Positions 51,366-61,395 of a stretch of DNA of 64,000 bases are shown here, one piece after another; position 1 is the first letter of the stretch; each line of letters starts with the position of its first letter. This DNA comes from an uncultured archaeon (GTDB taxonomy: Archaea; Asgardarchaeota; Heimdallarchaeia; Heimdallarchaeales; Heimdallarchaeaceae): assembly GCA_964534625.1 (NCBI GenBank), contig CAZHRF010000001.1, forward strand, positions 64,001-128,000. The letters run 5' to 3'. A program made the position numbers and the translations under genes. The notes below the pieces were generated by a model. That model had not been told where the DNA came from. It made no database searches and saw nothing but the letters and a program-made list of their open reading frames with translations.

Positions 51366-52628
51366 ATGGTAGTATGGTCAAAAATTAGAAAAGATTTCCC
51401 AGTTTTAAATGAGCTATATGAAGGTAAACAATTAGTATATTTTGATACAGCTTGTATGGCATTGAAACCAATTCAAGTATGGAAGGAAATTGAATATTAT
51501 TATAAGTATTTAGGTGCATGTGGTGGAGCTGGGAGATCTACTCATTGTTTGGGTTCTGAAACTAGTTTGCTAACAGAAGAAGCACGAAATAAAGTGTCTA
51601 ATTTCTTGAATGCAAAAGGATCACAAGAAGTTATATGGACACGAAATGCAACAGAAGGTTTGAATCTTCTTGCAAATACAATAAAAATGGAAAAAGGTAA
51701 TAATATTGTTACAACAACTCTGGAACATCATAGCGGGATGTTACCCTTTTATGAGCGGTGTCAAAGAGATGGTTACGAGTTTAGGTTAGTAAAAGCACAA
51801 GAAGATGGTACTTTTGATATCACTGCTTTTGAAGAAAAAATAGATGGTAATACAAGGTTGGTTTCGTTGGTTCATACTTCTAATTTAACAGGTACAATTG
51901 CTCCTTTAGAACAGATTGTAGAGATTGCCCACGAAAATGGAGCATTAATTGTTACTGATGAAGCGCAATATGTTCCTCATCATAAACTGGATGTTCAGAA
52001 GTTGGATATAGATTTTTGTGTGATCAGTTGGCATAAAGCATTGGGACCAACTGGAATGGGAACATTATATGGAAAATATGATTTATTGGAGGATTTAGAT
52101 ATGTTTCTTGTTGGAGGCGATGTAATAGAAGATGTTGTTTATATGAACAATCAAATTAAACCGAAGTATCTTCCACCACCACATAAATTCGAAGCTGGAT
52201 TACAAAATTATGCGGGAATGTTGGGGGTTGGAGCTGCAATTGATTATCTACAGAAAATAGGTATGAAAAATATTGAACAACGAGAAAAAGTTCTTATTAA
52301 AAAACTCTTGCAAGGTATAATTGACATAGATAAGTTTGAGATAATAGGTACAAAAAATCCCAAAAAACGTGGATCACTTGTCTCTTTTAGGCCCATTTCC
52401 GATACCGTAAACCATAACGATATAGCAATGTATATGAATGAAATGTTACCTCATCATAGAATCTTGATGCGTGCAGGTGCTCATTGCGTCCACCCATTTC
52501 AATATCAACTTGGAATGAATCCAGGTAAGAGTGAAGGAACAGTTAGAGCCTCATTATATATCTATAATACATTACATGAAATTGACATTTTCTTAGAATC
52601 TCTTGAAGAGTTCGCAAGAGTAATATAG
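51366..52628 (+). CDS. sufS: SufS-type cysteine desulfurase
   Basis: IRKDFP, VYFDTA, EHHS, DEAQ, HKALGPTG, FEAG, catalytic RAGAHC, VRASLYIYN. Confidence 0.88.
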   Translation: MVVWSKIRKDFPVLNELYEGKQLVYFDTACMALKPIQVWKEIEYYYKYLGACGGAGRSTHCLGSETSLLTEEARNKVSNFLNAKGSQEVIWTRNATEGLNLLANTIKMEKGNNIVTTTLEHHSGMLPFYERCQRDGYEFRLVKAQEDGTFDITAFEEKIDGNTRLVSLVHTSNLTGTIAPLEQIVEIAHENGALIVTDEAQYVPHHKLDVQKLDIDFCVISWHKALGPTGMGTLYGKYDLLEDLDMFLVGGDVIEDVVYMNNQIKPKYLPPPHKFEAGLQNYAGMLGVGAAIDYLQKIGMKNIEQREKVLIKKLLQGIIDIDKFEIIGTKNPKKRGSLVSFRPISDTVNHNDIAMYMNEMLPHHRILMRAGAHCVHPFQYQLGMNPGKSEGTVRASLYIYNTLHEIDIFLESLEEFARVI

Positions 52629-52651
52629 TAAAAAGATATTAACCGCATAAG

Positions 52652-53602
52652 GTGAAGGAATTGGATAATGCATTAGTAACAGGTGGTTGTGGTTTTATTG
52701 GATCACATATCGTAGATGAGCTAATAAAAAGACATTATTTTGTAACAGTAATAGATGATTTAAGTGCGGGAACTAATCTAAACTATCTACAACCCTATAT
52801 TGCTAGTAATAAAGCAGATTTCTTCAAATATGATATTAGAAATTATGAGGAGATAATAAAAATAGATAGGGACTATAAATGTATGTTCCACTATGCTGCT
52901 CAACCCGATGTAAAAATAAGTGTAAATAATCCAAGATACGATTTTGAAGTAAATATAGATGGAACTTTCAATATATTAGAACTTGCAAGATTAAAAGACA
53001 TTCAACAAATAGTTTTTGCTAGTTCAGCAGGAACAATATATGGCGAACCCGATGTTTTTCCGACACCTGAAAATTATCCACTTAGACCTATTAGTAACTA
53101 TGGGGCAGCCAAAGCAGCAATGGAAATGTATTGTTCAAGCTATTCTTCATTGTACGGATTAAGTATCGTTAGTACACGATTGGGTAACGTATTTGGACCT
53201 AGATCTACTCATGGAGTTATGTATGATTTTTATCATAAATTAATGGTTAATCCGAATAAATTGACCATACTAGGTGATGGAAACCAAACAAAATCTTACC
53301 TATATATTGATGAAGTAATAGACGCTACAATGATTTTATTTAAAAAAATGAAAAAAGACTATGAGGTTTATAATGTGAATTCAGAGGAACCAATTACAGT
53401 AACTGAAATTGCTTCCGAAATGTGTTCGGTTTTGGGATTAAATGAGGTGAGGTTTGAGTATACTGGGGGTAAACGAGGTTGGAAAGGTGATGTTGTCTAC
53501 ATGTCAAGTGATACATCTAAACTAAAAGAAGAAGGCTGGAAACCAACAATAAATACTAAAGAGGGCATTCAACGATATATTGAATGGTTAAAGGGAAAGT
53601 AA
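52652..53602 (+). CDS. NAD-dependent epimerase/dehydratase (UDP-glucose 4-epimerase-like)
   Basis: VTGGCGFIGSH, FASS, YGAAK, NVFGPR, GDGNQTKSYLY, GWKGDV. Confidence 0.9.
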   Translation: MKELDNALVTGGCGFIGSHIVDELIKRHYFVTVIDDLSAGTNLNYLQPYIASNKADFFKYDIRNYEEIIKIDRDYKCMFHYAAQPDVKISVNNPRYDFEVNIDGTFNILELARLKDIQQIVFASSAGTIYGEPDVFPTPENYPLRPISNYGAAKAAMEMYCSSYSSLYGLSIVSTRLGNVFGPRSTHGVMYDFYHKLMVNPNKLTILGDGNQTKSYLYIDEVIDATMILFKKMKKDYEVYNVNSEEPITVTEIASEMCSVLGLNEVRFEYTGGKRGWKGDVVYMSSDTSKLKEEGWKPTINTKEGIQRYIEWLKGK

Positions 53603-53744
53603 AGGAAAAGTAAAGAAAGGAAAATCCTATTAATAGCTTCATTTTTTTATTCTTAAACTATATTTGTCAGATGAGAATATTTTTGATTGACATGAATTAA
53701 AGAAAAACAGACAAAAAATTGTAAAAAAAATGGGGTGAAAAGAA

Positions 53745-54008
53745 ATGACAAGAGAAGATTTGAAAAAAATAGAAACAGCTATTAAACTATTGGAAAGGTT
53801 AAGTGAAGATGCATCTGTACCAAGGAATATACGCCGAGTAGCGTCAGAATCACTAGAAATCATTTATGATGAAGATCCTGAAATGAGTATAGCAGTAAAA
53901 GCAAGCAATGTAATAGAAAATTTGGAAGAATTAACATATGAACATAATTGTCCAAGTCATGCAAGGCAAATTTTATTTGATATTATTGTAGAACTTGAAA
54001 TATCATAG
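53745..54008 (+). CDS. UPF0147-family protein
   Basis: LSEDASVPRNIRR, NCPSHAR, ELE. Confidence 0.85.
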   Translation: MTREDLKKIETAIKLLERLSEDASVPRNIRRVASESLEIIYDEDPEMSIAVKASNVIENLEELTYEHNCPSHARQILFDIIVELEIS

Positions 54009-54057
54009 AAGGAGCTATATTCTTTTATTATATTTATTTTAAATTAAACTAAAAATA

Positions 54058-54189
54058 TCCCACTATCGACTGTTGTTCACGGTCTCTGGTGAGATTGGTA
54101 AGGGCTATAGAAATGTATCCTTCTCTCAAATTTACATACTTGAATTAATTTACTAGGCATATATTGACATGAAGCTCTAATTTCATGTC
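54058..54189 (+). ncRNA. Candidate structured RNA between convergent genes
   Basis: Hairpins GACTGT/ACGGTC (54068-84), AAGGG-C-TATA-GAAA-TGTA-TCCTT (54100-22), GACATGAA/TTCATGTC (54166-89) before a T-run. Confidence 0.3.
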
Positions 54190-54208
54190 TTATATTTTTT
54201 TATTCTAA

Positions 54209-55429
54209 TTAATCAATATCTTTCTTCACCTTTGTACCTGGTAATAAAAGACTACCCGCTTTTATTTTTCTTCCAGGAAATATTAAGGTGTTTACTCCTA
54301 ACTCACATGCATCACCAATAATTGCCCCGAGTTTTGTATATCCAGAAGAAACTTCTTTATTATTAATAAAAACCGAAACCTTGCCTTTTGGTGTTTTTGT
54401 ATTTACTGTCATAACTCCAGTAGACATAATAGTACCTTTGCCAACAATACTATCGCCCACATAACACATACGATATATTTTTGTTCCTTCAAATACAACA
54501 GAATCTTTTAACTCACTTCCAAAACCAATAAGTGAATTAGCACCAATTGCTGTATTATTTCTTATCAATGCATTATTGCCAATGTAAGAATTAGGTCCTA
54601 TATATACTGGCCCATTAAGAACTGTTCCTGAAGATATTTTGGTATTTTCACCAATGATGACTGTGTTTTTAAGAACAACATTAGCTTCTATTTCTACATT
54701 GTTGGCAATTCTTGATTCTGTCAATTTAGACAGTAGCATCCGATTTGCTTCAAGTATATTCCATGGTTTCCCAATATCTATCCATTCTTTTTCCCAAATA
54801 GCAGCAATTATTTTGTCTCCTTGGGCAATACGCGAATTGAGCGCTTTAACTAGACTATGTTGCTTCTTAATTTCACTAAATATTGAAGTATTTAAGATAA
54901 AACAACCAGCATCAACATAATGTGAGTGCGAATCATCTTTTTCATCAATTGTACATCCAACTTCTTTGATGTGTCCTGTATAGTCGATGTTGACAACGCC
55001 AAAGTCTCCGGTATCTCCTTGTAAAGTAAGTGACATGGCCATTTCTGCTTGTGTATTCTCAAGTGCATTCAGAACCCGCTTAATTAATCCCTTCTCTGAT
55101 ATAATATCACCAAATAAAAGGAGAAACTTAGATTCATTCTGTACATATACTTCTGCCGCCAATAAAGCGTGTTCAATTCCCTCCTTGTTACCTTGATCTG
55201 CATATTGGATGTTAATATTAAACTCTTTACCACTCTTAAAATAAGAACGGATTTGTTCTCCTTTGTAGCCTGTTATTATTAAAATCTCGTTAATACCCGT
55301 TTCCTTAAGTTCTTCAATGATGTATTGTAAAATAGGTTTTCCTAGGAGCTTAATCATAGGCTTCGGTCTTGTATCCGTTATAGGTTGAAGTTCATTTCCT
55401 CTACCACCTGCAAGAATTACTGCCTTCAT
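54209..55429 (-). CDS. glmU: Archaeal bifunctional sugar-1-phosphate nucleotidylyltransferase/acetyltransferase (GlmU-like)
   Basis: MKAVILAGGRG..LQPITDTRPKPM, WIDIGKPW, hexapeptide beta-helix, YVGDSIVG, KLGAIIGD; adjacent to glmS. Confidence 0.82.
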   Translation of the reverse strand: MKAVILAGGRGNELQPITDTRPKPMIKLLGKPILQYIIEELKETGINEILIITGYKGEQIRSYFKSGKEFNINIQYADQGNKEGIEHALLAAEVYVQNESKFLLLFGDIISEKGLIKRVLNALENTQAEMAMSLTLQGDTGDFGVVNIDYTGHIKEVGCTIDEKDDSHSHYVDAGCFILNTSIFSEIKKQHSLVKALNSRIAQGDKIIAAIWEKEWIDIGKPWNILEANRMLLSKLTESRIANNVEIEANVVLKNTVIIGENTKISSGTVLNGPVYIGPNSYIGNNALIRNNTAIGANSLIGFGSELKDSVVFEGTKIYRMCYVGDSIVGKGTIMSTGVMTVNTKTPKGKVSVFINNKEVSSGYTKLGAIIGDACELGVNTLIFPGRKIKAGSLLLPGTKVKKDID

Positions 55430-55564
55430 TTTATTTCTAACCCTTTTATTTTTCTTGTTGTTAATATATGTATGCATGCTTAATGTGTTTCACTTGATTT
55501 TACTCAAAAAAGGTATAAAAATGTTCTCTTTTCTTCTTATAGATACCCTTATTCATGAATTTTT

Positions 55565-57391
55565 TTATATAACAGTAACACTTTTAGCTAGATTACGTGG
55601 TTTATCTGGATCATATCCCCTTTTTACTGCTGTGTAATATGATAATAGCTGTAGTGGAACCACATATCCTATTGTACTAAATGTTTTTGAATATCCTTTT
55701 GGTATCTCGAGTGTCCAATCTGCTAGTTCTTTCATTTTCTTATCTCCTTTTTCTATTGTTGCTATGATCTTCCCCCCTCTTGCTTTCATCTCCATTATAT
55801 TACCAATTATTTTATTATTTGAGGCATCATTAGGTGCTACAAAAACTACAGGATAATCATCCTCGATTAAGGCAATAGGCCCGTGTTTTGATTCACCTGC
55901 GGGATAAGCCTCACAATGGATGTATGATATCTCTTTCATTTTGAGGGCCCCCTCCATTGCTGTTTGGACATTTATGCCCCTACCTAAATAGAAACTGCTA
56001 TTCTTCTTTGCAAACCATGTAGCTATTTGTTTTGTTTTTACTTCATTATCTCTTATTATTTCACTTACGAAATTAGGTATTTCGTTGAATTTTTTTCTAA
56101 GTTTTTTATACTCAGAATCTAACAAATTACCTGTTATCTTTCCTAATTCAATACCAATGTCCCACATGGCTAATGTTTGATTAATATATGTTTTGGTGGC
56201 AGCCACCCCTATTTCGGGACCTGCATGAATATAAACAACATCTTCCGAATAGCGAGTTATAGTACTTCCAACAACATTAATAGTGGACATTATAGTTGCA
56301 TTCTTTTTTTGTGCAGCTTTTAACGCTTGTATTGTGTCCATGGTCTCTCCACTTTGGGAAACAGCGATTAATGCGGTATTATCATCAATTAGTGGTTCGA
56401 TTATTTCATATTCTGAAGCTACAATAGATTGAGCAAGTTTTTTCCCGTGTTTACGTATTAGATATTCTCCTGTAAGAGTTGAATGATAAGCTGTACCAGC
56501 CGCTAAGAAAAATATTTTATCAACTTCATTGATTTTTGATGCTATTTTATTTACAGTAGGTTGTTTGATACGGATATAATTGGAAAGTACGTTGGGTTGT
56601 TCGTGAATCTCTTTAAGCATAAAATGGGGAAAACCTCCTTTTTGTGCCATTTCTGGCTTCCAAGATACCGTATATGGTTTTCTTTTTATAACTTGATTAT
56701 TATGTAAATTGATTATTTGGTAGCTATCTGTAGAAATTTTTGTGAATTCATTATCCCTGAGTAGAATAACATGCTGAGTATGAGTAAGAAAAGCCGGTAT
56801 GTCAGATGCAATGAACATACGTTCATCATTTACACCTATCACCAATGGACTATCTTTTTTTGCGCAATAAATGTGGTTTGGTTCATGAGTTGAAATAATT
56901 GCAACAGCAAACGCCCCCTCAATCCTGTTTAAAGCCGCCAAAACTGCTTTTTCAAAAGAGAGCCCTTTTTTTTCCATCGTATATTCTATTAAATGTGGTA
57001 TAACTTCCGTATCTGTGTCTGATTTGAAAGAATGACCATTTTCAATCAATTCTTGTTTCAATTCTTGGAAATTTTCAACTATACCATTATGTACAACTGC
57101 TATTTTATTATTGGAATCAGTATGAGGATGTGAGTTTTTCTGATTGGGTTTTCCATGAGTTGCCCAACGTGTATGACCTATTGCTATAGTTCCGTAAATA
57201 TTTCTAATTTGCGTTTGTTCAACGACTTCCTTAATTTTTCCTTGATCTTTAACAATTGACAACTCCCCATTCTTGATGGCTGCAATACCCACACTATCAT
57301 AACCCCTATATTCAAGTTTAGTAAGTGAATCAATTATTTGTTCCCCAATACGTGTTTCTGTTTTCTGGATTATACCAACGATTCCACACAT
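55565..57391 (-). CDS. glmS: Glutamine-fructose-6-phosphate aminotransferase
   Basis: MCGIVG, LEYRGYDS, GHTRWATHG, SQSGET, ESKHGP, PRNLAKSVT. Confidence 0.98.
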   Translation of the reverse strand: MCGIVGIIQKTETRIGEQIIDSLTKLEYRGYDSVGIAAIKNGELSIVKDQGKIKEVVEQTQIRNIYGTIAIGHTRWATHGKPNQKNSHPHTDSNNKIAVVHNGIVENFQELKQELIENGHSFKSDTDTEVIPHLIEYTMEKKGLSFEKAVLAALNRIEGAFAVAIISTHEPNHIYCAKKDSPLVIGVNDERMFIASDIPAFLTHTQHVILLRDNEFTKISTDSYQIINLHNNQVIKRKPYTVSWKPEMAQKGGFPHFMLKEIHEQPNVLSNYIRIKQPTVNKIASKINEVDKIFFLAAGTAYHSTLTGEYLIRKHGKKLAQSIVASEYEIIEPLIDDNTALIAVSQSGETMDTIQALKAAQKKNATIMSTINVVGSTITRYSEDVVYIHAGPEIGVAATKTYINQTLAMWDIGIELGKITGNLLDSEYKKLRKKFNEIPNFVSEIIRDNEVKTKQIATWFAKKNSSFYLGRGINVQTAMEGALKMKEISYIHCEAYPAGESKHGPIALIEDDYPVVFVAPNDASNNKIIGNIMEMKARGGKIIATIEKGDKKMKELADWTLEIPKGYSKTFSTIGYVVPLQLLSYYTAVKRGYDPDKPRNLAKSVTVI

Positions 57392-57489
57392 CTTATATCA
57401 CTAAATATTGCACATTTAACATTTTATCTGATTTTGAGTTAAATCCAGTAAATGATTATTCTCTCTTTATTTAAACTTTCTGTTAAATC

Positions 57490-58614
57490 TTATTGCAATA
57501 GGTCGTTTTGGATATCTTTTACTGTATGTTCTTTTTTAAGGATATCTTTAAGATTATCAATACTTGATGTGGTTGTGGGATCAACTTCATAAAGAATTGC
57601 AAGATAAATACTAATAAAATCAATGAGATAGGTGAGACTTAATTGTCTAGCCAATCTTGATTTACCCTTAGGCTTTATTTCAATAGTGAATCGAGCGTAT
57701 TTTTTTACTGTTTTTATTGTTTCTTTTATACGGATTTGAATCGATTTTGAAATTACCGTGTCAACTAAAAATATAACCCCCATATCTTGACGGGCAGTTA
57801 TAGGGTCATCCCATGCCACGATACCATTATGATTTTGCTCTGGAATACTTTCAGCAATAGCGACAAGTTTAGTATTTTCGTTGAATTGACATTTAGCTCT
57901 ATAAGCAATGGCTGTGGAAAGATTGTGACCTATTATATGAGGAATTGTATTAAATAACTTATTAGCTATTTGTTTTGCTTCATTAGAATCAGTAGTGGAA
58001 TCGGGTTCATACACCTTAGAAAGATTATAGAGTACATTTTGACTTTCTTTCAACTCTGAAGATAAATCTGGCAATAATGAAAATCGTTCTAAAATCGTAA
58101 TTAGTGTAGTATAGATAAGTGGTAATGCAGTACGAGGAGGTTGACCTTGGCGCAACTGAAAGAATGGTATTCCTAATGCTGAAGAAAATTTAGACAATTT
58201 TCCATTGGATGAAACTGCTATAGTTTGTGCACCTCTTGTAAGAGCATCTTGAAAACAAGCAAGAGTTTCTTCTGTATTTCCTGAATAACTCACACAGATA
58301 ACTAAAGTTGTGTCATCAACAAAATTTGGTAAAAAATAGTCCCGATTTACAATAACCGGAATAGATAATGTATCATTGAAACACGAAATGAGATAATCGC
58401 CTACAATAGCTGAACCACCCATACCCGCTATAACTATGGACGTAGGATCACGATATCTGATTTTGTTCATTTTGCATTTAATATGTGATGGAATATCAAC
58501 TGAAATGGCTAGTTTTCGTGCTTCTTTGATGAGTTTTGACCAATTACCCATAACTCCAAGTTGATCTGATTTATCAACTCGGGAAATTAGTTCTATATCA
58601 TCAAGATTAAGCAT
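57490..58614 (-). CDS. Bifunctional phosphoglucose/phosphomannose isomerase
   Basis: GMGGSAI, SYSGNTEET, PPRTAL, QFNENTK, PEQNHN, VDP. Confidence 0.92.
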   Translation of the reverse strand: MLNLDDIELISRVDKSDQLGVMGNWSKLIKEARKLAISVDIPSHIKCKMNKIRYRDPTSIVIAGMGGSAIVGDYLISCFNDTLSIPVIVNRDYFLPNFVDDTTLVICVSYSGNTEETLACFQDALTRGAQTIAVSSNGKLSKFSSALGIPFFQLRQGQPPRTALPLIYTTLITILERFSLLPDLSSELKESQNVLYNLSKVYEPDSTTDSNEAKQIANKLFNTIPHIIGHNLSTAIAYRAKCQFNENTKLVAIAESIPEQNHNGIVAWDDPITARQDMGVIFLVDTVISKSIQIRIKETIKTVKKYARFTIEIKPKGKSRLARQLSLTYLIDFISIYLAILYEVDPTTTSSIDNLKDILKKEHTVKDIQNDLLQ

Positions 58615-58722
58615 AAAGAAAGCAATAAATAATGTTATTTATATATTACTGATAACTCATCTAGGTAGCCTTTTTCAAATTAGATTTATCATGAGGTGAT
58701 AAAATTCGAATTAGAAAGAGAT

Positions 58723-58800
58723 TGGTGGGGAAGAGCAGACTTGAACTGCTGACTTCCTCGGTGTAAGCGAGGTATCATAACCGAGCTAGATCACTTCCCC
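58723..58800 (-). tRNA. tRNA-Val(TAC), CCA encoded
   Basis: GGGGAAG/CTTCCCC+A+CCA; anticodon arm CCTCG-CTTACAC-CGAGG; T arm AGCAG-TTCAAGT-CTGCT. Confidence 0.96.
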
Positions 58801-58904
58801 AAGTATTATATTCCTTTTTTATTCTTTTAATTTTAAATTTTTGGTTAACTGTTTTTCTTTGTTTTTCTTTCGCTTAATTTATATATATTAGTTTACTTTT
58901 CTTC

Positions 58905-59711
58905 ATGGTGTTTATGTCAACAGCTCCCGACGTCAATATATTACTTAAGTCACTAGGTTTAACTGTCTATGAGATTAAAACCTTTAAAGCATTACTTGAA
59001 GCGTCTTCATTAACTGCTGATCAAATACATGTTGTAACAGATATTCCTACTCCTAGAATTTACGATACAATTGATAGTCTAGAAAAAAAAGGATTAGTGC
59101 GTGTTATACCTGGAAGACCAAAAAAGTTTGAATGTATTGACCCAAATATTGGATTGGATAATTTTTTGTCTCAACTAAAAGAGGAATATGAAAACGATCT
59201 AAAAAAGATTACAAAAACCACAAATACACTAAAAACAGCATTAGGAAGTTCTTATTATGAATCACATTATAAGATCCAACCTGATGAACTTTTACAAGCT
59301 TATTCTTCGTTAGATGAAATGCAATTAAAAACATCTAACATAATTGAGACCGCAAAGGAGGAAGTGTGTGTTTTTACTAATGTTTTTTATTGGTTTGATG
59401 AAGTGAAGATTGCAATAGAAAAAGCTCTTTCTAGATCTGTTTCTGTTCGCGTTATTATGAGTATGTTAGATTCAAAATCAAAGAAAATTGCCTCTCTCTT
59501 AACTCAAATGGGCGCTAATGTGCGTGAATTACCTGAAGATAGTTTTTCAATTCGAGGAACACTGGTTGATCAAGAACAAGTTGTATTTGTTATCTGGGTG
59601 ACGCCAAAATCCGATGAAAAATTTATTTACAGACCACATTTTTCATCAAATCCTGGTATAATTGAACTTTTTTATAATAATTTTGAGTATTTATGGACTA
59701 AAGGTAATTAA
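58905..59711 (+). CDS. TrmB-family transcriptional regulator
   Basis: LGLTVYE, IPTPRIYDTIDSLEKKGLV, GRPKKF; C-terminal PLD-like effector domain ending FEYLW. Confidence 0.92.
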   Translation: MVFMSTAPDVNILLKSLGLTVYEIKTFKALLEASSLTADQIHVVTDIPTPRIYDTIDSLEKKGLVRVIPGRPKKFECIDPNIGLDNFLSQLKEEYENDLKKITKTTNTLKTALGSSYYESHYKIQPDELLQAYSSLDEMQLKTSNIIETAKEEVCVFTNVFYWFDEVKIAIEKALSRSVSVRVIMSMLDSKSKKIASLLTQMGANVRELPEDSFSIRGTLVDQEQVVFVIWVTPKSDEKFIYRPHFSSNPGIIELFYNNFEYLWTKGN

Positions 59712-59712
59712 A

Positions 59713-60489
59713 TCACTCTTTAGTCATAATTTCAGCTACTCTATAGGAGATTTGAGCGCCCAACTTTACTCCTTTAAGTAGACCTCCGATCTCAGGGATT
59801 AAGCCATCTGCTCTTGTGCCCTCTTTACATATTAGTCTGTATTCTAATAATCCAAGACGTTCAATAATCTCAATATCTAAATAGTGATTGGTTTGTTTTA
59901 ATGCGTCCTTTATCATAGTTTTTGTTGCCCCACAGACGATTAAACACTCTTTAGCTTGTATAAGTGGATTTTCTAACCAATCAATTGTTTCTGGTGCTAA
60001 CCTAATTCTCAATTTTCCTCCCAGAACTTTCTTTTCAGTTATTTCAAAAAGCATAGGTAAATTATCAACAAATCCATAGGCATATATTATTTGTCTGGTA
60101 GAAACAGTTTGTCCTTGGGCCAATTGGTCTCTCATCTCATAAAGAGGGAACAAGGCATCAATTGGTTCTCGAGTGGTTCTAGCACCAACTTCGACAAAAA
60201 TTCCAAAACCTACCTCTCCAGGTCGTTTTAATCTACCTATTATTTTTTGACCTATTTCTATGTCACTTATACTTTGAATGGTACCATGATACTGAATTAA
60301 ATAGTTGGCTGCAATAACCTCGTCGTCTCCTTCTAAATATACTTGAGCAAAATTGTTTTTTGTAAAAGACACTTCTTTAATATCTACATTTAATTCCTTA
60401 AGTTCTTCCCTGATGATGTATTTCAGAGACTTGGCTATATTTTGAGTAGGGAGATTATATGCCTTCTCTAATAGAATTATATTTTTCAT
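59713..60489 (-). CDS. DUF2110-family protein
   Basis: EGDDEVIAANYL, VGFGIFV, GFVDNLP, ERLGLLE, CKEGTRADGLIPEIG. Confidence 0.8.
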   Translation of the reverse strand: MKNIILLEKAYNLPTQNIAKSLKYIIREELKELNVDIKEVSFTKNNFAQVYLEGDDEVIAANYLIQYHGTIQSISDIEIGQKIIGRLKRPGEVGFGIFVEVGARTTREPIDALFPLYEMRDQLAQGQTVSTRQIIYAYGFVDNLPMLFEITEKKVLGGKLRIRLAPETIDWLENPLIQAKECLIVCGATKTMIKDALKQTNHYLDIEIIERLGLLEYRLICKEGTRADGLIPEIGGLLKGVKLGAQISYRVAEIMTKE

Positions 60490-61039
60490 TGTAATTTACA
60501 CCATCCTTTTTTATGGTTCTTTTTCCTTTCCTTTGAGGAATAATTTCTATATTTGCATTCGAAAATTTCTTCTTTCTAGCTTTTCCCTCTGTAATATAAT
60601 CAAGAAAAACAGCTAGAGCGGCCACTTCACTATGTGGTTGGTTTCCAATAGCTATATTATAATTAGATAATTGATAAATTTCTGCTGGAACCTTTGATCC
60701 ACCCAATATGATTAATATTTTTTTTTCATTTGAAAGTTTAGTTTTGATTTCTTCCAAACTCTCTCCCAATTCAATGCCAAACATAGTTAAATGGATGATT
60801 ATTCCACTACTTTGTTTCCATTTCTTAATTATACCAGAGTGTTTTTTAGTATAAGTAACCCTAAATTTCCCTCCCCACTCTTTGTTTATTCGCATCAAAT
60901 TAGATTCTATATTCTTGTCCCTCATTCCCGTATAGACCATATTACTTGCACCAAAAGCTCTAGCTGTCAGAGCAACATGTGTTGTCATTCTTTTATCTCT
61001 CGCAATTCTGTGACCCAATCGTAAAATCGTGGCTTCCAT
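60455..61039 (-). CDS. trm56: tRNA (cytidine56-2'-O)-methyltransferase
   Basis: LRLGHR..RDKRMTTHVALTARAFGA, HLTMFG, KVP, NQPHSEVAALAVFLD. Confidence 0.95.
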   Translation of the reverse strand: MEATILRLGHRIARDKRMTTHVALTARAFGASNMVYTGMRDKNIESNLMRINKEWGGKFRVTYTKKHSGIIKKWKQSSGIIIHLTMFGIELGESLEEIKTKLSNEKKILIILGGSKVPAEIYQLSNYNIAIGNQPHSEVAALAVFLDYITEGKARKKKFSNANIEIIPQRKGKRTIKKDGVNYNEKYNSIREGI

Positions 61040-61395
61040 CAGTTGTATTAAATTCTTAATTCACTTAAATATAATGATAAACGAGTAGTCGATAGAAGTT
61101 TCTTGAACCTCTCTAATTTGTAAGCACCGTATATAGTTTTGTTTTTACGTTTTAATAGGGGTTTTCTAATATTCGTTCATAATTTTTAATCCTTTAATTC
61201 TCTTGGTATAATCGCATAGTTTGTGCTTTCAATCTAATTATGTGAATAGTGTTATTATATTTATTGTTAGTTATTGTTCTATTTTCTTTTACTTCCCTAA
61301 TGAGACTCCTTGTATCTCCGTCTTTGTCGCTCAAAGTTACAAATATAAAGTCTTTTATAGTCCCCGATAGTAACTAATATTGAGAAAACTCAAAG

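Noticed and set aside
53590-53625. AAAGGAAAAGT-like repeats at the epimerase stop
   Set aside because: Short low-complexity purine tract with no regular unit.
54085-54122. Hammerhead ribozyme (CTGGTGA...GAAA)
   Set aside because: Core is CTGG rather than CTGA, and stems II/III cannot be formed convincingly.
61193-61333. 46-codon minus-strand ORF upstream of trm56
   Set aside because: TTG start, Asn-rich, no motif or SD; overlaps the probable PAN promoter region.
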